IMG/VR virus record: IMGVR_UViG_3300049171_000184
Coordinates: 1 to 41,285 of that record
Length of the DNA stretch: 41,285 nucleotides
Strand: one strand, 5' to 3'
Source: a virus
Taxonomy: Duplodnaviria; Caudoviricetes
Shown here: piece after piece, positions 35,026 to 41,285 of the stretch
Numbering within the stretch: the first letter of the stretch is position 1
Layout of the letters: every line of letters begins with the position of its first letter
Program-made: the position numbers and the translations under genes
Notes under the pieces: generated by a model
What the model was told of the DNA's origin: nothing
The model's database searches: none
The model's input: only the letters and a program-made list of their open reading frames with translations

Positions 35026-35623
35026 GTGGGGCCGCATCCTGCCCGCCGGCGCGCTTGCTCTGATCGCAGCGGTGTTCGCCGTCGAGGGCGGCTACGTCAA
35101 CGACCCGCGCGACCCCGGCGGCGAGACCAACCACGGGATTACCAAGGCGGTGGCACGGCAGGCCGGGTACACCGGCCCGATGCGGGAGCTGTCGAAGGAG
35201 ATCGCGGCCGAGATCTACTTCGAGGACTACATCGAGCAGCCCGGCTTCGTTGCCGTGCTCGAGCACAGCTTGCCGACGGCCGAGGAGCTGGTCGACAGCG
35301 GAGTGAACGCCGGCCCGGGCCGCGCGGCCCGCTGGATGCAGGAATCGCTCAACCACCTCAACAATGGCGGCCGGGACTATCCGGACATCGCAATCGATGG
35401 CCGGATCGGGGCCGGCACCCGTTCTGCCTATGCCGCCCTGCGCCGCCGGCGGGGTGACCAACTCGCCTGTGTCCTGTTGATCCGGTTGCTCGATGCCAAA
35501 CAGGCGCAGCACTACATGGATCTGGCGGACCGCAGCGCGAGCTTCGAAGCGTTCATGGTGGGCTGGGTGCGCACCCGGGTGGGCAACGTACCCACTTCGC
35601 ACTGCCCGGGGAGGCCCAGCTGA
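35018..35623 (+). CDS. Endolysin, glycoside hydrolase family 108 with a PG-binding domain
   Basis: EGGYVNDPRDPGGETNHGIT; DSGVNAGP; IDGRIGAGT; GWVRTRV. Confidence 0.93.
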   Translation: MGKWGRILPAGALALIAAVFAVEGGYVNDPRDPGGETNHGITKAVARQAGYTGPMRELSKEIAAEIYFEDYIEQPGFVAVLEHSLPTAEELVDSGVNAGPGRAARWMQESLNHLNNGGRDYPDIAIDGRIGAGTRSAYAALRRRRGDQLACVLLIRLLDAKQAQHYMDLADRSASFEAFMVGWVRTRVGNVPTSHCPGRPS

Positions 35624-36006
35624 TGATCACGCCGATCGCCGCCTGGCTGCTCGCCCACTACCCGTCGATGAGCAACGGCACTGCGCGTCACATCGTGAAG
35701 ATCGCTTTCATGATCATAGCGGTTGCCGCCGTAGTCGGCGGCTTCGCGCTCTGGCTCAACGACCATGACGCCAATGTCGTCGAGACGCACGAGACGAAGG
35801 CGAGGCTCGAGCAGGCCACGACCGCCTTGGAGAGCGAACGCCGGGCTACCGGCAACGCGCTCGAGCGCGAGACCGCGCGTGACGCCGCGGCCGAACAATC
35901 CACCGAAGCGATGAAGGAAGCCGAGAATGCCGATCCCGAAGCTGCCCGCGCCCCTGCTGGCCCTGTGTCTCGCGCTGCCGCTCGCCGCTTTTCGGTGCGG
36001 ACCTGA
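35623..36006 (+). CDS. Inner-membrane spanin (Rz-like)
   Basis: TM helix IAFMIIAVAAVVGGFALWL followed by a coiled-coil periplasmic domain. Confidence 0.75.
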   Translation: MITPIAAWLLAHYPSMSNGTARHIVKIAFMIIAVAAVVGGFALWLNDHDANVVETHETKARLEQATTALESERRATGNALERETARDAAAEQSTEAMKEAENADPEAARAPAGPVSRAAARRFSVRT

Positions 36007-36232
36007 GGAAGTTCGATCGACGCCGGCGCCGGCGCGCTTCGAGCGCGTGGCAATGCCGGTGGCGCCGGCGGGCGAAGCCGATTGCGACGGCGAGCCATGC
36101 CTGTCCGATCGCGAAGTGGGCCAGCTGCTCGACGCCGCGGCCGACGCCATCTGCGAAGCCAACGATCGTCTCGCATGGCTGAGCGATTACTACCTCGGCA
36201 CGAGCCTGGGACCCAGCTGCAAGCCGCAGTAA
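35927..36232 (+). CDS. Outer-membrane spanin (Rz1-like lipoprotein)
   Basis: Overlaps Rz in another frame; hydrophobic signal ending in LAAFRC, Pro-rich, extra Cys residues; AAGGA RBS. Confidence 0.7.
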   Translation: MPIPKLPAPLLALCLALPLAAFRCGPEEVRSTPAPARFERVAMPVAPAGEADCDGEPCLSDREVGQLLDAAADAICEANDRLAWLSDYYLGTSLGPSCKPQ

Positions 36233-36266
36233 AGGTGTGTGTCGGCGCGACTGCGCGCGCGAAATT

Positions 36267-36288
36267 TGGGGGTATCGGCAGGGGTATC
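36267..36288 (+). repeat. Integrase arm-type direct repeat (GGGGTATC x2, 12-bp period)
   Basis: Copies at 36269-36276 and 36281-36288, ~300 bp upstream of the + strand integrase. Confidence 0.55.
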
Positions 36289-36355
36289 ATAAGCGGGTGC
36301 GAGCCTCGGAAACGGCGGAATTCTGCCATTCCGGGCTGCTAGCGGGGCGGAGGGG

Positions 36356-36577
36356 TTATCCGCCCCGCCGAATCGCGCCGACCACCCCGCGGTCGTGAGC
36401 CATCCGCAGGGCCAGGGCGATTGTAACCAAGCGATCGCCGCTCCTCTCGGTCCCCACCTTCAGAAGCTCTAGCTCGAGCTTCGCAGCCTCTGCGCCGAAC
36501 TCCTCGAGCAACTCCCGCACGCCATCATGCCCGGGAAATTCCGCGATCGCGGCCTGAACCTGTTCGTTCTTCGACAT
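36356..36577 (-). CDS. Hypothetical protein (73 aa)
   Basis: ATG start with GGAAG upstream; helical, protein-like sequence; divergent from the integrase. Confidence 0.55.
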   Translation of the reverse strand: MSKNEQVQAAIAEFPGHDGVRELLEEFGAEAAKLELELLKVGTERSGDRLVTIALALRMAHDRGVVGAIRRGG

Positions 36578-36591
36578 AGCGAGACTTCCAT

Positions 36592-37806
36592 ATGCTCACA
36601 AACGCTGCGGCGAAAGCCGCCGGCGCGCGCGATCGCGCCTATAAGCTGCACGATACCGGCGGCCTGTTCCTGCACGTCGCCGCGACAGGCACGAAGACCT
36701 GGCGCCAGAAGTACCGCTGGCGCGGCAGGGAGAAGCTACTCGTGCACGGGCGCTTTCCCGAGTTGAACCTCGCCCAGGCCCGCATGCGCATGCTCGAAGC
36801 GAAGGAGCGGCTCGGCCGCGGCGTGGATCCCGCTTTAACTTCGGCCACCGAAATTGAGGGCGACGAACTCACGTTCGAGCAGCTCGCTCGGGCCTGGTAC
36901 CGCCATAACCTGGCGACCTGGTCGCCGGCGCATGCTGCGGACGTGATTGGCAGCCTCGAGCGCGATATCTTCCCGGCGCTCGGCTCGATCGCCGCCGGCG
37001 ATATCGACCCGCCGCAACTGCTGACTGCCTTGCGTTCAGTCGTTCGGCGGGGCCGCGCAACTACCGCTCAGCGTCTACGGCAGCGGCTGTCCGAAATCTT
37101 TCGCTACGGCAAGGCCGAAGGCTTGGTCGCGGCCGACCCGGCGGAGGCGCTTGGCGCCGCGATGCACGATGCTCCTCCGGCGACGCCGCACCCGGCGCTG
37201 GCCACGGCGGCCGAATGCCGCGAGCTGCTGCAGAGATGCGAGAGCGTGCCAGCACGGCCGGCCACCCTCTTGGCCTCTCGGTTCCTGGCTTTGACGGCGG
37301 TGAGGCTCGATTCGGTTCGGGGTATGCTCTGGCCCGAAGTCGAGGATCTTCTGGGGGATGCTCCGCTGTGGCGCGTGCCGCCGGCGCGCCTGAAGTTAGC
37401 CCGGGCGAAGAAGGGTGAGGAGCGCTTCGAGCACCTGGTGCCGCTGGCACCGGCGGCCGTGGCGGTGCTTCGCGAAGCTGCGGCCGTGAACGGGTATGAT
37501 GCCCATTCTGCGGGTGGACTAGTTTTTCCCGGGCGCAGCGGATCTAGTCCAGTGGCGGAGGGCGCGATCGGCGAGCTCTACCAGCGCGCGGGCTACGCCG
37601 GCCGCCATGTGCCTCACGGTTGGCGCGCGAGCTTCTCGACGATCATGAACGAAGAGTTGGGCGAAGACTGGAGCCGCACGATCGATCGCGCCCTGGCGCA
37701 CAGTCCGAAGGACAAGGTCGAAGCGGCCTATAATCGAGCGCAGCTGCTCGATCGCCGGCGCGAGGTCATGAACCATTGGAGCGAGCTGCTCACCGGCGCT
37801 AATTGA
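36592..37806 (+). CDS. int: P4-type tyrosine integrase A (arm-binding + catalytic domains)
   Basis: YKLHDTGGLFL...GTKTWRQKYR...EK; LTAVR, HGWRASFST, LAH, AAYNR: catalytic R/H-R/H/Y residues present. Confidence 0.93.
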   Translation: MLTNAAAKAAGARDRAYKLHDTGGLFLHVAATGTKTWRQKYRWRGREKLLVHGRFPELNLAQARMRMLEAKERLGRGVDPALTSATEIEGDELTFEQLARAWYRHNLATWSPAHAADVIGSLERDIFPALGSIAAGDIDPPQLLTALRSVVRRGRATTAQRLRQRLSEIFRYGKAEGLVAADPAEALGAAMHDAPPATPHPALATAAECRELLQRCESVPARPATLLASRFLALTAVRLDSVRGMLWPEVEDLLGDAPLWRVPPARLKLARAKKGEERFEHLVPLAPAAVAVLREAAAVNGYDAHSAGGLVFPGRSGSSPVAEGAIGELYQRAGYAGRHVPHGWRASFSTIMNEELGEDWSRTIDRALAHSPKDKVEAAYNRAQLLDRRREVMNHWSELLTGAN

Positions 37807-37993
37807 GCGGCCCGGCCGGTCTTTCGAGCAGCTGCTCGATCCGACGCACGATCTCCTGGAAGTTCTTGGCGCCCTCGAACTCCGCTTCGGCCAGCAGCTC
37901 ATCAGCGCGCATGGCCGCGTGAATCGCGGCGTCTTCTCCGTGCCGGCGCACGAAGTCGTTCGCGCAAGCCCACAGCTCCCAGTCTGAAAGCAT
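37799..37993 (-). CDS. Small protein of the DUF6961-like family
   Basis: MLSDWELWACANDFVRRHGEDAAIHAAMRADELL...IVRRIEQL; start at ATG 37993. Confidence 0.7.
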   Translation of the reverse strand: MLSDWELWACANDFVRRHGEDAAIHAAMRADELLAEAEFEGAKNFQEIVRRIEQLLERPAGPLN

Positions 37994-37999
37994 TGAATT

Positions 38000-38111
38000 C
38001 CCCCGCGCCGAGCGGGGGTTCTCGGGGTGCAACCCGATCACCGACGAGCCTGAACTCGCCACGACACAGCTGGCCAACTGGCCGCCCCGCACCCGCGCAA
38101 CGGGCGGGGCC
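38000..38111 (+). other. Multi-hairpin structured leader upstream of the methylase
   Basis: Five consecutive stems (38000-38018, 38022-38037, 38045-38058, 38072-38083, 38084-38110). Confidence 0.55.
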
Positions 38112-38119
38112 TTTGTGAG

Positions 38120-38956
38120 ATGGTTTTACCCATGGAGTCTATCGAGAAAATTCGCCCCGTTTCCCCCGCTACCGGCTACCAGGGCGGCAAACGCAACCTG
38201 GCGCGCCGGATCTGCGCCCTGATCGACCGGACGCCCCACGACGGCTATGCCGAGCCGTTCATCGGCATGGGCGGCATCTTCCTGCGGCGTTCGACTCGGC
38301 CGCGCGTGGAAGTCATCAATGACATTTCGTCCGACGTCGCCACCTTCTTCCGGGTGCTCCAGGAGCACTACCCCTATTTCCTGGACATGCTGCGGTGGCG
38401 CGTGGCGAGCCGGGCCGAGTTCGAGCGCCTGGCGGCTCTGCCGCCCGAGCGATTGACCGACCTGCAGCGCGCGGCACGGTTCCTGTATCTGCAGCGGCTG
38501 GCGTTCGGCGGCAAAGTGGTGGGCCGCAGCTTCGGCGTGGACGCCCGCCAGGGCGCGCGCTTTAATATCACCAAGCTCGAGCCAATGTTGGCCGAGATCC
38601 ACGAGCGGCTCGCCGGGGTGACGATCGAGCAGCTCCCATTCGAGCAGCTGCTCAAGCGGTACGATCGCCCGGGCATGCTGTTCTATCTCGATCCGCCTTA
38701 CCACGGCTGCGAAGGCGACTACGGCGCCGGCGTATTCGATCGCGCGGATTTCGAACGCCTTGCGGGTTTACTGACCGCCGCGCGCGGCAAATTCATTCTC
38801 TCCATCAACGACACGCCCGAGATCCGGGAGACCTTCGCCGCTTTCGCGATCGAAGCCGTCGAAACCACATACACGCTCTCGACAGCGCATGGCGGTTCGA
38901 AGCGGGCGGGCGAGCTGATCATCAGCAATTTCGCGCCGGGGACGATCGAAACCTAG
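38120..38956 (+). CDS. dam: DNA adenine methyltransferase (Dam/D12 class)
   Basis: YQGGKRNLA, YAEPFIGMGG, EVINDI, FYLDPPY, FILSIND, ELII; start is 38120 or 38132. Confidence 0.95.
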   Translation: MVLPMESIEKIRPVSPATGYQGGKRNLARRICALIDRTPHDGYAEPFIGMGGIFLRRSTRPRVEVINDISSDVATFFRVLQEHYPYFLDMLRWRVASRAEFERLAALPPERLTDLQRAARFLYLQRLAFGGKVVGRSFGVDARQGARFNITKLEPMLAEIHERLAGVTIEQLPFEQLLKRYDRPGMLFYLDPPYHGCEGDYGAGVFDRADFERLAGLLTAARGKFILSINDTPEIRETFAAFAIEAVETTYTLSTAHGGSKRAGELIISNFAPGTIET

Positions 38957-39114
38957 GAGGCCGCACCGCAGCCCGTGCCTGGCACGGACCTTGCGGTTCG
39001 GCCCCTGCCGAGCCTCTGGCCCCGCGCAAGCGGGGCCGCACGTCGGTGCGACCGGCGGTAGGGGGAGGGGGCTTGTGGGCTTTTCGGCTGGCGGTCCGTG
39101 AAGAAAACCAGTGC

Positions 39115-39139
39115 ATGAGGCCGCCAAAAGCGGCCTCAT
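39115..39139. terminator. Perfect 10-bp hairpin just after the rep stop codon
   Basis: ATGAGGCCGC-caaaa-GCGGCCTCAT; lies between the convergent dam and rep genes. Confidence 0.65.
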
Positions 39140-39142
39140 TCC

Positions 39143-39940
39143 TTATTCCCTTGTTCTGGACGTGGGGTAGATTGTCACCCTGGCAGTCGCTGTATGATCA
39201 CGAGACGCCCGAAGCATTTCCTCATGTTCCTCGAGGCTTGCTGGATCGTCGCGATACATGTGAGCGGCGCGTTCACTGGCAGTCATAGAGGCTAGTGCCT
39301 GCCTCTGGGCGCGCCCGGTGCCGTTTGTGGGCGACAGTGCGCCGGCAAGCCCCGCCACAATTGACGCCGTGCGCCTGGCCAGGAGCGTTCCAACGGGTCC
39401 TGATCCTTGTCTCACCTTGGCCGCTGTCTCGCGCAGCTTGTTGCCGAGCTTCTGGCGAAGCTCACGCAGGATCTCGATCGGCAGTCGCGCAAGGTTGATG
39501 AAGTATGCGTTGCTGGTCTGCTCGCGCTGGGGAAGCACGCCGGGCGGATTATCTGTCCGCACGGTTCGGCGGGCCCAGTCGACCAGCCCAAGGCCCCTCA
39601 ACCGATCGAGAGCTCGGTGGGTCGTGCGGATGGATATCCGCGCTCGCTTCGCGATCGTGGCTATTGCAGGATCGCAGCGCCCCGTTTTGTAGTCCATGAA
39701 CCGGAGCAGCGTCTTGTAGACGTGCAACACGTTCTGGTTGAGCTTATGCTGGCGGCCAATCTCGCGGATGTGATCTGAGTATTTCCAGCTCGCCGCGATG
39801 ATCTCGTCGACGAACTTGAAGGCATCCGGCTTGTTCTCCGGATCCCAGTAGATCGTGGCGACCTGTGCCTTTGTGTCGTCAACATCGACGCTTTTGCGCC
39901 AGGGCCCGCGCGGGTTCTCTCGTGGGGGGGCCGCGGTCAT
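39143..39940 (-). CDS. Winged-HTH replication-initiator-like protein (plasmid RepA type)
   Basis: VYKTLLRFMDYKTGRCDPAIATIAKRARISIRTTHRALDRLRGLGLVDW.RR...QTSNAY; GGAGGT RBS 16 nt after the integrase stop. Confidence 0.7.
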   Translation of the reverse strand: MTAAPPRENPRGPWRKSVDVDDTKAQVATIYWDPENKPDAFKFVDEIIAASWKYSDHIREIGRQHKLNQNVLHVYKTLLRFMDYKTGRCDPAIATIAKRARISIRTTHRALDRLRGLGLVDWARRTVRTDNPPGVLPQREQTSNAYFINLARLPIEILRELRQKLGNKLRETAAKVRQGSGPVGTLLARRTASIVAGLAGALSPTNGTGRAQRQALASMTASERAAHMYRDDPASLEEHEEMLRASRDHTATARVTIYPTSRTRE

Positions 39941-39956
39941 GCCGCACCTCCCGCGC

Positions 39957-41225
39957 TCAGCCCTTGCGCCGCTTGTCCTTGACCAGCCCCGCCGGCTCCT
40001 GCTTGTCCTGCAGCAGCAAGTCCGCCCAGGTCTGCGCGATCTCGCGTCGGCGTGGCATGTACGAGGCGCGGTTGTAGGCCGCCTCGACGTCTCCCTTCAC
40101 ATGCGCGAGCATCAGGTCGATGATCGCGCGGTCGCCCTCTCGCCCGTCCACCGCCGCCAGTTCGTTCATGATCGTGGAGAACGACGCCCTCCAGCCATGC
40201 GGCACATGACGTCCGCGGTAGCCAGCGTCGAGGTAGAGTTGGCTCAGCGTCGAATCGCTGATCGGCTGCCGCGGCTTCTCGCCTGGGAAGAGCAGGCTCT
40301 CGTGGCGGCTGGCGGCGATCGCCACCTTGACCGTCGCCACCGCCTGACGTGAAAGCGGAACGACGAAGTCGAACGCCGAATCCGCCTTGCGAGCCAAGCT
40401 GAGCTTCATCTTGGCCGCAGGGATGCGCCACAGTGGCAGCGCTTCGTCGAGCCCCTCGAACTCCGTTTTCTCCGCCAGCCGCACCACGCCTGGCCGTACG
40501 GCCGTTAAAGCCAACAACCGGCTGGCGAGCTTGGTAGACGTCGCGGCTTGCTTCACTCCGTCGATCGCCTCGATCAGCTCGCGGCAGTCCTCGATCTTCA
40601 GCAGCGCTGCCCGCCGGCCGCCGCCTGAGGGCGCCAGTGCCTTGCGGATGATCGCCGCGGGGTCGGTTTCTGCCAACCCCTGAGCGATGGCCCACACAAA
40701 GACTTCCGACACGTGGCCGCGCACCTCGTGCGCCATCGTGTGGGCCCCGCGAGTCTCGATCCGCCGGATCGCCTCGAGCACCATCGGTGACGTCACCTCG
40801 GCGATCGGTGAGCGGCCGAATCGGGGGAAGACGTTCACCTCGAGCCGAGAGAGGACGTGCTCCGCGTAGCGCGGCGACAGCTTGCGCTTCTTCTGGGCAT
40901 GCCAGCTGCGCGCCACCTGCTCGAAGGTCTGACCCAGCTTCTCGGCCGCTCGCGCTGCCTTGCGCGCGGCGCCTGGATCGATCCCCTGCAGAACCTCGCG
41001 CCGCGCCTTGTCGCGTAGCTCGCGCGCTTGCTTCAGCGAGATCAGCGGGTACGCGCCCAGGTTGAGCTTCTTCTCCCGGCCGGCGAAGCGGTACTTCATC
41101 CGCCAGGACTTCGTTCCGCTCGGCAGGACCGCTAGATAGAGCCCGCCGCCGTCGAACAGCCGAGCTTCCCGGTCGGCCGGCTTGGCCGTTTGGCAGGCGC
41201 GTTCGGTGAGCAGGTTGCTCTTCAA
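39957..41225 (-). CDS. int: P4-type tyrosine integrase B (probable main prophage integrase)
   Basis: LFDGGGLYL...GTKSWRMKYRFAGREK; LTAVRPG, HGWRASFST, LAH, AAYNR; likely start TTG 41225 (the ORF track extends it to 41285). Confidence 0.95.
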   Translation of the reverse strand: MKSNLLTERACQTAKPADREARLFDGGGLYLAVLPSGTKSWRMKYRFAGREKKLNLGAYPLISLKQARELRDKARREVLQGIDPGAARKAARAAEKLGQTFEQVARSWHAQKKRKLSPRYAEHVLSRLEVNVFPRFGRSPIAEVTSPMVLEAIRRIETRGAHTMAHEVRGHVSEVFVWAIAQGLAETDPAAIIRKALAPSGGGRRAALLKIEDCRELIEAIDGVKQAATSTKLASRLLALTAVRPGVVRLAEKTEFEGLDEALPLWRIPAAKMKLSLARKADSAFDFVVPLSRQAVATVKVAIAASRHESLLFPGEKPRQPISDSTLSQLYLDAGYRGRHVPHGWRASFSTIMNELAAVDGREGDRAIIDLMLAHVKGDVEAAYNRASYMPRRREIAQTWADLLLQDKQEPAGLVKDKRRKG

Positions 41226-41229
41226 GAAA

Positions 41230-41272
41230 GGCCCCCAGAGGGGCCCCCGGGAGCAGCGCCCTTCGCTGCTCC
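41230..41272 (-). promoter_or_regulatory. Arm-type direct repeat (GGGGGCC x2, 12-bp period) plus a 9-bp hairpin just upstream of integrase B; probably the inner arm of an att site
   Basis: GGCCCCC at 41230-41236 and 41242-41248; GGAGCAGCG/CGCTGCTCC at 41250-41272. Confidence 0.55.
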
Positions 41273-41285
41273 ACCATGGCCCCAC

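Larger units (their letters stand above)
1..41285. mobile_element. Temperate siphovirus-type prophage (HK97-like head), apparently near-complete; att sites probably lie just outside the window
   Basis: Contiguous early, immunity, packaging, head, tail, lysis and integration modules; no host housekeeping gene recognised in the window. Confidence 0.95.

Noticed and set aside
36233-36355. tRNA gene or tRNA-derived att core after the lysis cassette
   Set aside because: No cloverleaf or T-loop GTTCGA..CCA pattern could be found here or elsewhere by eye; no att core duplication could be identified inside the window
38120-38956. Methylase as part of a restriction-modification system
   Set aside because: No adjacent endonuclease; orphan D12 methylases are common in temperate phages
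39937-41277. 446-aa ORF overlapping integrase B on the same strand
   Set aside because: Alternative frame of the integrase gene, Arg/Gly/Ala-rich with no recognisable motif

Overview
The window is almost entirely one temperate, long-tailed (siphovirus-type, HK97-like head) prophage of a high-GC alphaproteobacterium. A Sphingomonadales host is likely, judged from the GapR, DUF6961- and DUF6456-like genes and an alphaproteobacterial-style SOS box; this is inference. From left to right: (1) a leftward early operon (HD hydrolase, MT-A70 methyltransferase, Myb-like HTH, Zn-finger, DUF5131, GapR, two paralogous HTH-like proteins, CII-like, Cro); (2) an immunity switch with three 16-bp operators and a CI/S24 repressor; (3) a ~5.4 kb accessory island read in the cI direction (two HIRAN proteins, DUF4145, DUF2188, a HEPN-motif protein, membrane and secreted proteins); (4) a late-control module (SOS-box-like site, LexA-type wHTH, DUF6456/GafZ-like protein, an exact 20-bp repeated site, a terminator); (5) Mu-Gam, HNH, terminases, portal, protease, capsid, neck and tail genes, with a -1 chaperone frameshift, a tape-measure gene broken by a +1 frameshift at ~28236, and an SGNH-esterase tail spike; (6) holin, GH108 endolysin and spanins; (7) an unusual right end with two convergent, closely related P4-type integrases enclosing a D12 adenine methylase, structured non-coding regions and a plasmid-type HTH replication-initiator gene directly behind the terminal integrase. 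The strongest candidates for undescribed biology are the dual-integrase/int-rep end module, the HIRAN-DUF4145-DUF2188 operon, and the GTA-regulator-like late switch. All family assignments come from motif recognition by eye; no database search was run.
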